A stretch of 64,000 nt of DNA from Octopus vulgaris. Its lineage: Eukaryota. This document shows, piece after piece, positions 31,120 to 45,428 of the stretch. A program made the position numbers and the translations under genes. Location: positions 20,274,001 through 20,338,000 of the forward strand of contig OX597839.1 in the NCBI GenBank assembly GCA_951406725.2, written 5' to 3'. The notes beneath the pieces are model-generated. The model saw only the letters and a list, made by a program, of their open reading frames with translations, was not told where the DNA came from and did no database searches. Positions within the stretch are counted from its first letter, which is position 1. Every line of letters begins with the position of its first letter.

Positions 31120-31812
31120 TTCCTTTTATGGCAAAATATGCACCTAATTCATTAAAATTACGAACGTTACTCTGATTACTATGCATAAAATGCAAATTAT
31201 TATTATTATTTTCTTTTATAGATTAGGTAGGCATAATTCGTCCTTGCTTTTCAATCTCAGTATTTACGCTACGCATAGTACTGCTGTAGTACACATGCTG
31301 CATACACTCCTACAACAACGTTTTCTTTACATGCTATAAAAGCAGAAATAAATCTGCCTCCAGCTCAATCGCGCACCTATGTTTCGCTTATTTTCTATGT
31401 TTTACTAGAATAAAGGTCACCAACTGCCTACTCTGAGTAATTACTGACAGCACGTGCCTGATATAAATATATCCTTTCATTATATCACATTTTAATTCGC
31501 GTCTATTTCAGAAATACTCTTGTATTATGATGCATAAATGGTACTGTTGGTTTCTTTTGTATTATAGTTATTTATGTGTTTAGAAAATTTTAAATATATT
31601 TTATAAATAAACAACAGCTCTATTTATAAAGAATAAATTTGGAGCTTTTAGAAATATGGAAAAAAAAAGATTAAATGTGAAAATACAAAACAACGAATTA
31701 TTTTTTCTCTTCTGTGGACCGCATAAGTCGGCGGGCGAAATTTTCTTAGGGTGTGCAAACCCAGGTCCAAAATATTTTACAAAGAGGGTCTTAATTTCAA
31801 AACAAACACCAG

Positions 31813-31873
<61 letters not shown>

Positions 31874-31966
31874 TCAACTAGCAATAACCACTCCTCGGAT
31901 AAACCTCAATAATAATAATAATAATAATAATTCCCAAATTCCCCAAATTTTCGGGCCTTAATATTA

Positions 31967-32010
<44 letters not shown>

Positions 32011-32659
32011 TTTATATGTACATCAACCATATCATATAAGTCCAATAATGGGAAAATAAATCTTCAAATTAACCCTAAAATATTCTTACATTCGTTCGTT
32101 TTGGCGAGGGGTCTTTGTTGGGAGGATGTTCAAAGGCGTTTCATTGCACCCACAAAATATTTTAGGAGGTGAGCTTGCATCTCCTGCACCCCACCGTTCC
32201 CGAACTTGGGTCCATGGTATTTGAGACCATTTATTGCTATCGTCATATTTATGAAACGTTTGATCAGGAATGGAACTCTGAGTAACTATGGTGAGCAGGA
32301 GGACTGGATGTAGTTTTATGTAACAACCATCGACCGGCCACAATTCGGAAGGGAAAAGGCGGTAACTGGAAGCGATCTTTGCCATATTCACTCTATAAAA
32401 ACAGACGATGTTTAGAATATAGGTTGCGACGTATATATAGGTTTCCATTTTTGACACAAGGCCAGCAATTTTGGGGGACTCGATTAAATTAAGCCAAGCC
32501 CCAGTTGTACTTATTTTATAGACACCTAAAGAACAAACGACAAAGACGGTTTCGGCAGAATTTGAACACAGATCGTGCAAGAGGACGAAATGCGGCTTAA
32601 CACTTCGCCCGCTTGTTTATAATTCTGCCAGATCGCCTAATATAAAATATATGGTGACA

Positions 32660-33130
32660 AGAATCATATGCTTCGTAGCCACATGGTTCCGGGTTCAGTA
32701 CCACGGCGTGGTACCTTAAGCAAATGTCTTCTATTATAGCCACGTGCCGACCAAAACCTTGTGAGTGGATTTGGTAGACGGAAACTGAAAGAAGCCCATG
32801 GTATATGTATATTAGTATGTGTTGCTGTAAGTTAAGAAGCTTGCTTTCCAACCACATGGTTCTGTGTTCAGTCCCACTGCATGGCACCTTGGGCAAGTAT
32901 CTTCAACTATAGCCTCGGGCCGATCAAAGCCTTGTGAGTGGATTTGGTAGACGGAAACTGAAAGAAGAGCCCATCGTATATGTATATTAGTATGTCTTGC
33001 TCTAAGTTAAGAAGCTTGCTTTCCAACCACATGGTTCCAGGTTCAGTCGCACTGCATGGCAACTTGGGAAAGTGTCTTCTTCTATAGCCTCGGGCCGACC
33101 AAAGCCTTGTGAGTGGATTTGGTAGAAGCC
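32660..33130 (+). mobile_element. Three tandem SINE family 1 head segments (period about 176 bp)
   Basis: ccacatggttc..ccttgtgagtggatttggtag occurs three times. Confidence 0.8.
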
Positions 33131-33135
33131 GGTCC

Positions 33136-33166
<31 letters not shown>

Positions 33167-33251
33167 ATATGTATGTGTGTGTGTAACTATGTGTATGTGT
33201 ATACTCACACACGCATAGACGTGTGCACACATACACACACATATACATATA

Positions 33252-33461
33252 CAAGATCGATTTTCCGGACCATTTTGCTCCTAAGCCGTTCCGGATATTT
33301 GATTTTTTTTCGAAAAGTGGTGGTCACCTTAATCAACATGCTCTAATTCAAATAAATGTAAAATTTATTTAAATAATTAAATTCAGGTACCCGCACATTA
33401 GCGTTAATTACTGCAGATTATAAGAGTAACCGGAACATAAGTGTCCAGAAAGTCGATTTCG
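33252..33461. mobile_element. Degraded Tc1/mariner-type MITE
   Basis: TA|caagatcgattttccggac ... gtccagaaagtcgatttcg|TA; imperfect TIRs with 4 mismatches, flanked by TA. Confidence 0.55.
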
Positions 33462-33807
33462 TATAAGCATCGCTCAACATACGTTCTTTCGAGGTACGTC
33501 TTGTTCGACCTTACGTCGTTTTTCTTCTCTGAAAATGATAAACCTCAACTTCAGTTACTTTATCCAACCTTATGTCGGTCTCAGTAAGCATATTATAAAA
33601 AAATGAAATTTAAGAACAAAATTATAACACAAAGACCAATGCTGAAATGAAGGAATCACCTGCAATAAACGCGAAAATATGGAGAAAGAATTTATGAAAA
33701 CAGATATAAGCTAATAATATTTTTGAAATGGTTTTCGTGTTACCTAGTTTTTCGATTGAAGTCGCATGTCTTGGAACCACTTATCAAAATAACTTGATGT
33801 ACTCCTG

Positions 33808-33862
<55 letters not shown>

Positions 33863-33944
33863 AAAGAGAGAGAGAGATGTATATATATATGTGTGTGTGT
33901 GTGTGTACATACACACACACATATATACATACATATGTATTATT

Positions 33945-34153
33945 TTATTTGTTTCAGTCGTTTGACAGCGGCCATGCTGGAGCACTGCCTTTTAGTCGAA
34001 CAAATCGACCCCAGGACTTATTTTTCGTAAGCCTAGTACTTATTCTATCGGTTTCTTTTGCTGAACCGCTTAGTAACGGAGACGTAAACACATCAACATC
34101 AGTTGTCAATCGATGGTGGGGGACAAACACACACACACACATATACATATCTA

Positions 34154-34238
<85 letters not shown>

Positions 34239-34399
34239 CAGTCTTCTTTCAGTTTCCGTCTAGCAAATACACTCACAAGGCTTTGGTCGGCCCTAGGTTA
34301 TAGTAGAAGACGCTTACCCAAGGTACTGCACGGTGGGACTGAACCAGTAAACCATGTGGCTGGGAAGCAGGCTTCTTACCACACAGCCACTCCTGCGCC
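33945..34399 (-). mobile_element. SINE family 1 copy, full length
   Basis: Head, internal microsatellite and tail motifs present. Confidence 0.85.
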
Positions 34400-35335
34400 T
34401 ATATTTACAGTATATACATATATATGCACGTTTCTATGTATGCTGTATGCTTTCATAATTGTGCATGTTTGTATATAGGTCTGTAACGTGTTTATTCATG
34501 TATGATGTATATATGTGCACACACCCACATACACACAGATGTATATGTGTATTTATATATATATATATATGTGTGTGTGTGTATGTATGTATGGGTGCAT
34601 ATGTGTGTATATGTACGTTTGTATGCATTTGTATGTATTGATCTGCGCTTTTATTTTGGGAATAGACTCTGTACACACATCATACATTTCCAACCACAGA
34701 TATATAGAAGCAGGCACGCGCACACACACACACACACACAAAAGACAGCACACACACACACTCAAACAAACAAACATACACACACACAAATATATATATA
34801 CACATAAACACATTCACACAAGCACGTGGATATATATACATATGTATATATATATATATACTATTAACCTCCAGTTCCGCTAAAAATATGAATTCTGTCT
34901 GGAAAGCAAAACAGCCAAGCCAAACCAAGCCAAACCATGCCAAACCAACCCAACCCAAGAGAAGCTACAACCAATCTACCCTGTACCCGTAATAGTTTGT
35001 TCCTTTCCACTGACTTTCAATATGACATTGAATACCTCTGGTGCGGTACATTATACAATAATAAGGGTATATATTTATTGCATCACCCTTACACACGTGT
35101 TAGGGTGTCGGTGTTTGTGTTTGAGCGAGTGTGACGTAGCTTGCCTGCATTCAATATTGAATTCGTTGGTGCCATGGCTGAAGGCGGGGCAAACCCACTG
35201 GAACATGGGGTAATATTGAATCAAATGATGCGTGCTGTGGTTCCAATTTCTTCGTATTAGGAATGTCATTGTTGTTCCTTTCAGATTTTAATTTCGAGTT
35301 GATCTCGCCACTCACCAGAAAAAGAAAAAAAAAAA

Positions 35336-35336
<1 letters not shown>

Positions 35337-35391
<55 letters not shown>

Positions 35392-35399
35392 TAATAATG

Positions 35400-35451
<52 letters not shown>

Positions 35452-35522
35452 TAATAATAATAATAATAATGATAATAATGATAATAATAATGATAATAAT
35501 GATAATAATAATAATAATAATG

Positions 35523-35562
<40 letters not shown>

Positions 35563-35576
35563 TAATAATAATAATG

Positions 35577-35643
<67 letters not shown>

Positions 35644-35655
35644 CAATAATAATGA
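35337..35655. repeat. (TAA/TGA)n microsatellite
   Basis: Directly visible. Confidence 0.95.
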
Positions 35656-36044
35656 ATTAAATTAAATGCAATGAGAATAAATAAAAATATAAACTGTATT
35701 GAATTATTATTTCAGTTGTAATATTTATTATTAGAATGCTGTCGATGCTCGACCGAGTGCAGCTGTTTGTGCATGCGCCACGTGCAAGTGTTATATATTA
35801 ATTTCATGTGTGTTTTTACATTGAAATATATTTAATATATTCTATGCAATCTTCGTGTCGGGCCGGGTCGTTCTATGTTCGCTCTGTCTTAATTTCTTTT
35901 GTTACGTGTATTTGTATTTTCATTTCTTTGTTTCTTTCAGACATTGGACTGCGACCCTTCCAGGGCACCGCCGAGATGAGTTCAGTCACACAAATCGACA
36001 TCATCATCATCATCATCATCACCATCATCATCAGCTACTAAGGG

Positions 36045-36400
36045 TGCTTCTCCAGGTCGAACCGCTATATCTCCGCACTGCGAGGCCGCAAGCTCCGTTA
36101 CGTCGAACACGTGATTAGAATGACGCGGGAAAGAACCGTAAATGAGACCCAAGGGTTGACCACGCTTGGGAGTCCAGCCGGAAAGTGTATTGAAGGCTAT
36201 TTCTGACCGATCCCTATGGAGGAAGTGCCTGGGGACACTACCCCCCCAAAAGACCTTCCCAGGAATACTGGGCGGAGAAAATGAATTAATAGATGGATAG
36301 GTGGATGAGCAAATAGATAGATGGATGGATGGATGGATGGATGGATGGATGGATGGATGGATGGATGGATGGCTGACTGGATGGATGGATGGACGGATGG
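36045..36400 (+). mobile_element. RTE-clade (Expander/Rex3-like) LINE 3' fragment with (GGAT)n tail
   Basis: Frameshifted LQVEPLYLRTAR / LRYVEHVIRMTRERTV / RLGVQPESVLKAISDRSLWRKCLGTLPPQ resembles the RTE ORF C-terminus (VEPLLLRIERSQLRWFGHV.RM..ER; DR..WR..L..LPP), followed by gaaaatga and (GGAT)n. Confidence 0.75.
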
Positions 36401-37407
36401 TTAAATTTTCTTTGTGCTCTTTTCTCTTTTACTCTTTTACTTGTTTCAATCATTTGACTGTGGCCATGCTGGAGCACCGCCTATAGTCGAGCAAATCGAC
36501 CCCCAGGACTTATTTTTTTGTAAGCTTAGTACTTATTCTATCGGTCTCTTTTGCCGAACCGCTAAGTCACGGGGACGTAAACACACCAGCATCGGTTGTC
36601 AAGCGATGTTGGGGGGAAGGACAAACAGACACATAAACATCGGTGTTGGTGTGTTTACGTACTCGTAACTTAGCAAAAGAGACCGATAGAATAAGTACCA
36701 GGCTTTAAATAATAGTCTTAAAGTCGGTCGACTTGTTCGGCTAAAAACCTTCAAGGCGGTGCCCCAACCTGGCCGCAGTCAAATGACTGAAGCAAGGAAA
36801 AGGTGAAAGATTTCTCTTTCATTGTCCTGAAGTTAAATTTTTCAAGAGAATAGATAAATCTTGACAAGCGTTGATGAAATGTTTGGCATTATTGATTCCA
36901 GCTCAAGCCACAAAGAATCTTGAAGAATTTTTAACCAAGATTTTGCTTAAACCGAATTCCTTTATAATTCCCTATTGCGAACTCATTCTCTCCATAGGAT
37001 CACTTTTAGGTTGAAAAAGGATTGTTTAACTTAATTTTGAAAAATAAAAGAAGTATAAAAAACCGCATTATTTATGGAATGACCCAATATGTGTGTGTGT
37101 ATGCGTATGTGCATGTTTATGTGTGTGTAAGTGTGTACGTATGTATGAATATGTACATATATGTATATATATATATATACATAGATATGATATAATTATA
37201 TATTATATTTTATATTTCTATTTCCTTGTCTAATTATATTTACAATATATTTTGTATAATGCCTTTACTGTTATGTAATGGTGTAATAAAGTATTGATTG
37301 GGTATCATCTGATGGTTGATGTTTGATTGATTTAAGTATGTTTCTCCATTTTCTAATTTTGTAGTATATAATATATATATATATGTATATATATATGTGT
37401 GTGTGTT

Positions 37408-37465
<58 letters not shown>

Positions 37466-38302
37466 CACATATGCATGTGTATGTGTATATTTCTGTGTTT
37501 GTTGTCGCCCATCACCGCTTGGCAGCCATTGTTGTCTCGATTCAGTCTCCGTAGCTTAACGGTTCAGCAAAAAGATCTTGAAACAATAAATACCAGGCTT
37601 TAAGATAAATACTGTTCAACAACAACTCTATGGCGGTGCCCCAACATGGTCGCAGTCCAATGAGTGACACAAACAAACGAAAGCTAAAAAAGGTAAGAAA
37701 GAACGCTACCTTAATTTTTTTGTTGTTTTTTTCTGCATTTCTTTAAATATAAAGACAAATTGCCCTTAATAAGCAACATTCATTGTGTGTGTCATTTGGT
37801 GCAATAGTCTTCATTATTCCTTAACTTAATTACATACATTTACAGCCAATAAGTCCAGAACATGGGGATCGTACACAGTGGGAAAACCACCTTCAAATAC
37901 ACATATTTAATTGTTTAAACTATGATTCAATTATTTTTTCGCTCCATTTATTATCTTAATTCAATTATTGAATTTATAACCTAGAAAATTCCTTTTAAAG
38001 CTACTAAGATATTAAGCTTCCTTAAATTCGCATTACTCTAATCAACTTTCTTATACATACAAATCTTTTAGAATTTAATTAACAAGTTATATATTCACAC
38101 CTAAAAAACTTTACAAATCACACAATTTTCTTTCAAACGTGGATTTTTTTTCTTCCATTTGCCCCACTTTTTTTTTACTTTTTCTACTTTATAGTAATCC
38201 ACTTTAATAGCTTATTATAATTATGTATGTATTGCCTTTCAAGGACTATCTTTTAATTCAAAGCCATATGTTGTGTTGCGAATTATTTGATTAAATTATA
38301 CC

Positions 38303-39449
38303 ATTCTCTCAGAATATAGCTGACTGAAAGAAAAGCAATGTGTTCCAAGATGCATCTCATAGATGCTCTGTCATCATTATCATCATCATCGGTGTTTCTC
38401 GGGTCTCATGCGGTTTCAGATCTTTCAACAGCAGACACACTCATCAAATTGACCCAACCGGGATTCTCTCAGAATATATCTAGCTGATTGAAAGAAAAGC
38501 AATGTGTTTCAAGATGCATCTCATAGATGCTCTGTCATCATTATCATCATCATCGGTTTTTCTCGGGTCTCATGGTGTTTCAGATCTTTCAACAGCAGAC
38601 CCACTCATCCAGTTGACCCAACCGGGATTCTCTCAGAATATATCTAGCTGACTGAAAGAAAAGCAATGTGTTCCAAGATGCATCTCATAGATGCTCTGTC
38701 ATCATTATCATCATCATCGGTGTTTCTCGGGTCTCATGGGGTTTCAGATCTTTCAACAGCAGACCCACTCATCCAGTTGACCCAACCGGGATTCTCTCAG
38801 AATATATCTAGCTGACTGAAAGAAAAGCAATGTGTTCCAAGATGCATCTCATAGATGCTCTGTCATCATTATCATCATCATCGGTGTTTCTCGGGTCTCA
38901 TGGTGTTTCAGATCTTTCAACAGCAGACCCACTCATCCAGTTGATCCAGCCTGGATTCTCTCAGAATATATCTAGCTGACTGAAAGAAAAGCAATGTGTT
39001 CCAAGATGCATCTCATAGATGCTCTGTCATCATTATCATCATCATCGGTGTTTCTCGGGTCTCATGGTGTTTCAGATCTTTCAACAGCAGACCCACTCAT
39101 CCAGTTGATCCAGCCTGGATTCTCTCAGAATATATCTAGCTGACTGAAAGAAAAGCAATGTGTTCCAAGATGCATCTCATAGATGCTCTGTCATCATTAT
39201 CATCATCATCGGTGTTTCTCGGGTCTCATGGGGTTTCAGATCTTTCAACAGCAGACCCACTCATCAAATTGACCCAACCGGGATTCTCTAAGAATATATC
39301 TAGCTGACTGAAAGAAAAGCAATGTGGTCCGAGATGCATCTCATAGATGTTCTGTCATCATTATCATCATCATCAGTGTTTCTCGGGTCTCATGCGGTTT
39401 CAGATCTTTCAACAGCAGACCCACTCATCCAGTTGACCCAACCGGGATT
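38303..39449. repeat. Tandem satellite, 7 units of 164 bp (first unit 160 bp)
   Basis: attctct starts at 38303, 38463, 38627, 38791, 38955, 39119 and 39283; units are near-identical. Confidence 0.95.
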
Positions 39450-39659
39450 GATCAACCCCCAACTTGCTTTACATTCACAGCAAATCCCTAGTCTGCCTTG
39501 TATATCCAAATCCTCCCAATTGCTAAGGGAATTTATTGTTCTCATCTTTGCAACACACGTTCATTCTTTTCTAACACGATCCAAACTTTTAAAAGACAAC
39601 CATATTTTAAGATAAGTGTGCCTTTTCGTTAAAAAAAAACACTATTGTAAATACTATAA

Positions 39660-40215
39660 GTGTTTGAAAGGGTGGTGAAATCAAGAATCATTGGCTTCCT
39701 GGAAAGTCACAATACATTAAATTCCAACCGGTGTGGCTTTCGCTGCGACAGGGACTGCTTAACCCTTTCGTTACTGTATTTATTTTGAGATGCTCTGTGT
39801 TTCTTTCAATTACTTTAAATATAACAAAGAATTTAGTAAAAATAACTTCATTATCATTCAGCTAATGTTAGGAACATAAATTGTGACTAAGGTTTGGTGG
39901 AAGATTTTAATTCAAAACTTATGAAAACAAGACATTTGTACTCAGAGCCGGAGCCGGTTTCAGGCGGGCTGGTAACGATAGGGTTAACACAGTTTTTTTT
40001 TACATCGCATAGATGATATCATTAAGCTTTGGGACCAGATTCAAACTCTGATGTCATACATCTTGACTTCAACAAAGCTTTCGACAGAGTCGACCACAAA
40101 TCCCTCATTTTAAAATTAGTCAATTTTGGAATCCGAGGGTAAATTGCTGCGCTGGATTAAGTAAGTATTTAATGGTGATCAGAACACAATATGCTGTGAT
40201 CAGTGGAATACACAC
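39660..40215 (+). mobile_element. CR1/L2-group LINE reverse transcriptase fragment, split by a MITE
   Basis: VFERVVKSRIIGFLESHNTLNSNRCGFRCDRDCL|TQ..DVIHLDFNKAFDRVDHKSLILKLVNFGIRG/KLLRWIK; matches the QxGFR and LDFxKAFDxV RT motifs. Confidence 0.85.
39763..39983. mobile_element. piggyBac-type MITE (221 bp)
   Basis: TTAA|ccctttcgttac ... gtaacgataggg|TTAA; 11/12 TIR match, TTAA duplication, CCC..GGG ends. Confidence 0.9.
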
Positions 40216-40263
40216 AAAACACGCGCTCTTCTCTTTATAGTCTTTATAAACAGACAGACAGGC

Positions 40264-40313
<50 letters not shown>

Positions 40314-40513
40314 GCAGACAGAGAGAGACAGAGAGACAGTCAGACAGACAGAAATACAGGTAGACAGACAGACAGAGCGAGAAACTTCTGAAAGAGCGAA
40401 GTAGACAAAGTCATTGGTAGATAGTAAAGGAGATGGTGGCCGAGACAAAGATATAGAGAGACAGAGAGACACACAGGGACATACAGTCAGAAAAACAGGC
40501 AGAAAGAGGGAGA

Positions 40514-40562
<49 letters not shown>

Positions 40563-40847
40563 GCAACAGACAGATAGACAGACAGACAGACAAGCAGACA
40601 GACAGATGAGGGCGAATATACAGAGAGAAAAGGAAGAAATGGTTCTAAATGCAAGCAAGAAACGGAAATAAAACGAGTGAAAGAAAAACTGGTGGAGGGA
40701 GACAGAGAATAAGAGAGAGAGGGAGGTATGAAGGAGAGGAAGAGGATGAGGAGGAAAGAGAATGAAAGAGAGAGGGAGGAAGTGAGAATAAAGGAGAGAG
40801 AGAGAGAAAAATAGAGACAGAGAAAGAGAATAACAGAGAGAAAATAT

Positions 40848-40878
<31 letters not shown>

Positions 40879-41284
40879 CGTAAGAAGAAAAAAGAGAATA
40901 GAGAGGAAAAGGTATTGAGAGGGAGAAAGGAAATAAAAGAGAGAATAAGAAAAAGAGAGAGGGAGAATAAGAGAGAGTGGAAATAAAGGAAAGAGTGTGA
41001 GAGAAGAAGAGAGAGAATAAGGAGAGGAAGATTGAGAATAAGAAGAGAGAGTATGAGAGAGAAGAAGATGGAGAAGGAGAGAATAAGATAAGGAGAGTAG
41101 TTAAATGAAGATGGAGAATAAGGAGAGTAAGGAAGTGAGAAGGAGAGGGTGGATAAGGGGGAGAGAAATGATAAGAAGGAGAGAATAAGAGAGAGAAGGA
41201 GAAAATATGAGAGAGGGAGAATAAGACAGAGCGTAAGAAGAGGAGAAAGGATAGGGAAGGAAAGGGAGTGAGTGGGAGAAAGAA

Positions 41285-41805
41285 AATGAGAGAGTGAATA
41301 AGTTGGAGAAAGAGAGAATAAGAGAGTGAGTGAGAAAGAGAGAATAAGAGAGAGTGAGAAAGAGAGAATAAGAGAGTGAGTGAGAAAGAGAGAATAAGAG
41401 AGAGTCAGAAAGAGAGAATAAGAAAGAGTGAGAAGGAGAGAATAAGAGGAAGAGTGAGAAAGGGAGAATAAGAGAGAAAGTGAGAAAGAGAGAATAAGAG
41501 AGAGTGAGAAAGAGAGAATAAGAGAGAGAGTGAGAAAGAGAGAATAAGAAAGAGTGAGAAAGAGAGAATAAGAAAGAGTGAGAAGGAGAGAATAAGAGGA
41601 AGAGTGAGAAAGGGAGAATAAGAGAGAAAGTGAGAAGGAGAGAATAAGAGGGAGAGTGAGAAAGAGAGAATAAGAGAGTGAGTGAGAAAGAGAGAATAAG
41701 AGAGTGAGTGAGAAAGAGAGAATAAGAGAGTGAGTGAGAAAGAGAGAATAAGAGAGTGAGTGAGAAAGAGAGAATAAGAGAGAGTGAGAAAGAGAGAATA
41801 AGAGC
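41285..41805. repeat. Purine-rich minisatellite (gagtgagaaagagagaataaga, 20-24 bp units) within a 1.7-kb GA-rich tract
   Basis: Directly visible; source of the spurious 655-aa ORF. Confidence 0.9.
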
Positions 41806-43924
41806 GCGTATGATGAAGAAGGAGAATAAGGAAGGAAAGGGAGATATAGAATAAGAAGGAGAGAAAGAATATGAAGGAGTGAGGGACAGAGAGAAAGAGT
41901 GGGAATAAGACAGAGAGAGAGAGAGAGAGTGAGAGGGAGAGAGAGTAGGAGGTAGATAACAAGACGAAGGGGAAGAGAAGCTGAGACAAAAGCGGCCGCT
42001 CTCCTCCCACTGCTTCTCCATCGCTCGCCTTCACTCAAACACGCTCTCATTTTTCGCCAGCATTCGAGAATGTTCCGCTCTGGTGGATTATTCAAAACAA
42101 GTGACGAACAAACCACTTGCAGAGACCAGTGGAGCGCAAAACTTGAAGCCTGTTCTTCGTGCTGCATTCGGTTTTATGCTGATGTCAGGGAGAAAAATTT
42201 TCTGTAGAAGGAGTTTGGCAACGGGCAGGGGGGAAGGGCGGAGAGGCGAAGGGCGCGTTACGTACATGCATACATACATACATACATACATACATACATA
42301 CATACATACATACATACATACATACATACACGCATACATACATACATACACGCATACATACATATATACATACATACATACATACATACATACATACACG
42401 CATACATACATACATGCAGACACACACACACATACACTCACATACATATGTATGTACATACATGCGTACGTACATGCATACATACATACATATATATACA
42501 CACACACGCACTCACATATTATGTATGTACATACATGCGTACGTACATACATACATACACACATACATATATACATACATACATACATATACATACATAC
42601 ATATATACACGCATACATACATACATACATACATGCATACATGCATACACGCATACATACATACAAACATGCAGACACATACACACTCACATACATATGT
42701 ATGTACATACATGCGTACGTACATACATACAAACAGACACACACACAAACACACACACACAAACACACACACACTCATACATATGTATGTACATACATGC
42801 ATGCATGCGTACATGCGAACATACATACGTACATGTATACAAACATACATGCACGCACACACACACACACATACACACACACAGATATATTTATATATAT
42901 ATATATATATGCATAAATATATATACACACACACACACATGCAGACGTAGGTATAGCCATGCATACATGGATATATACATTTAAATACACATGCAGACAC
43001 TCATACATACACATACATACATACATACATACATACATACATACATGCATGCATACATACATACATATACAGATATGTATACATACATGCATGTATAGTT
43101 ACATGCAGACTTACACACATGCACACACACACTCACACATATGTATTCACATGCAGAGACACACAAACTCACATACATACATATAAGCACACGCAAACAT
43201 ACATACGTAAAAACAATCATGCATGCATGCATACATACATACACATAATCATACATACATACACACATACATACACACATACATAAATACTTCTATACAC
43301 ACATACGTGCATACATATACATAAACACATGCATACATATATATATATATACATATATAAATACATATATACATACATACATGCATGCATCCATACATAC
43401 ATACATACATACATACATACATACATACATACATACATACATACATACATACATACATTCATACATACAAACTCCTTACTTACCGTTTTACAGAAGCAGT
43501 TTTCTATCTAATGAAACCGGTGAAGGGAAATACAAAATGGACACCTAGCCTGCTAGAAATAGCAGCTGCAAATCTCTCCTTTCACCAACAACTCTTTTTA
43601 AGAGAATGTGAATATATTAAATACTATACAGCGGTTACAAACATTTTGCATAACTGAGATTATCCACGCTAAGCAGAAACTCCGGGTAATGCTTAAAGTA
43701 AAAAAAAATTTTAACTCAAGGAAGGGAGGTAATTCTGGACAGGATCAGATAACTGAATTCTGAAGGGAGGAGAATACATGGAGAATGTACAATGGGGTGG
43801 TACTTTTCACACTTCTAATGCTTCATAAAGGCTCCTCTCTACTCTCTGGCGTGTGATTGAGGAGGTTGCGAATGAGGATGAAAGGACTCGCACAAGCCTA
43901 TCTTACTGATCGACTGATTGATAA

Positions 43925-44385
43925 GTTTATTTATTGGCCACACAGGGCTGCACACAGATGGGACAAGTTACAAGGTAGAGCTTTTCTTTTGAAGGTTTAA
44001 AAAAAAGGGGGGGCGTAGGTTTTCGATCAAGAGGGATCGTAAAAGGGAAGAAAAGAACTAAAAAAAATAAATAAATAAAATAAAAAATAAAAAGAAGAAA
44101 AAGAAGAAAAAAAAGGAAAAGGAACAAGAGAAAAGAGAAATGAAAAAAGAAGAAAAAAGGGGAAAAAAAGGGGAAGAGGAAAAAAAGAACGATCAATAGG
44201 AATCGTGTATCACAGTGTTATGATATATGGTGTAAAGGGGAAAGCAAGTAAGGTTTATCCGTGGGAAGAAAAGCCTACGAAAAAGACCACGGTAACCTTG
44301 GTCAATATTGTTATATGTTACCACATTTGTTTGCAAGTGGGTAACCCTCTGTTTTCAATTTCTGGGTTCATAGGATTATGCTTGA
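43925..44385 (-). mobile_element. Tx1-family 3' UTR fragment
   Basis: Same terminus and UTR motifs; degenerate GAT(A/T) on the left, (GATA)n on the right. Confidence 0.85.
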
Positions 44386-44422
44386 TAGATAGGTTGAATG
44401 ATAGATAGACAGATAGATAGAT

Positions 44423-44500
<78 letters not shown>

Positions 44501-44519
44501 GTAGATAGATAGATATATT

Positions 44520-44689
44520 ATGTTTCTTTATTAGCCACACAGGGCTGCACACAGATAGAACAAATTACAAGGTAGAGCTTTTCTTTTGAAGGTTTAAAAA
44601 AAAAAAAAAAAGGAAGGGGGAGTTTCGATCAAAAGGGATCGTAAAAGGAGAGAAAGAGGACAAAAAAAGGGGGTTAAAAAAAAAGGAGG

Positions 44690-44690
<1 letters not shown>
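44520..44690 (-). mobile_element. Tx1-family 3' UTR fragment
   Basis: Same terminus; (GATA)n on both sides. Confidence 0.85.
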
Positions 44691-44739
<49 letters not shown>

Positions 44740-45428
44740 GTAGGTAGGTAGGTATGTATGTATGTAGGTAGGTGAGTAGGTAGGTACGTAGGTAGGTACG
44801 TAGGTAGGTAGGTACGTAGGTAGGATGGTTGGTAGATAGAGAGATTGATTGATTGATTGATTGGTAATTCAAGCAATCGATTAGTTAATGGGTTTGATAG
44901 TAAACTAATTTACAAATATAAATAGATGAGTAATATACAACCAGTGTGTGTGTTTATTAATGCCATAATGACCCTACCGCGATACAAGTTCGCATCAAGA
45001 ATCTTGCAAACCACATAGCGAAACAGCATAAATATAGCTTTTAACATGTGCGTGTGTATATATGTGTGTGTGTGTGTGTGTGTGTATGTGTGTGTGCGTG
45101 CGTTAGAGTTTGTGTGAAAGTGTGTATTAGAGCGGAGAGTGTGTTTCAGTGTGAGCGAGAGAGAATGGGTATGTGTGTGTTTCATATCCTTACGTTTGGA
45201 TATATGATTTAAATGAAGCGGAGGTAGAGCAATGTATCTGCCCGACGTAACATTGCTACGCGAGACTCCAAAACGCCCCCTGTCGTCTCAACGACACACA
45301 TTACTCTTTTATAAGAGTTCGACGAGTCCAACTTTTAATCCTAAGGGGTGTTCCTGGCTATCACCACAACTGTGTGAAAGGGGAGGGAATGTATATGTGT
45401 ATATACAAATATATATTTCTGTTTTTAA

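Noticed and set aside
38303-39449. CRISPR-like or coding repeat
   Set aside because: Whole units are repeated with no unique spacers; 164 is not a multiple of 3; the context is eukaryotic.
40200-42167. 655-aa Leu/Ser-rich ORF
   Set aside because: Translation of the GA-rich minisatellite; no domain or coding complexity.
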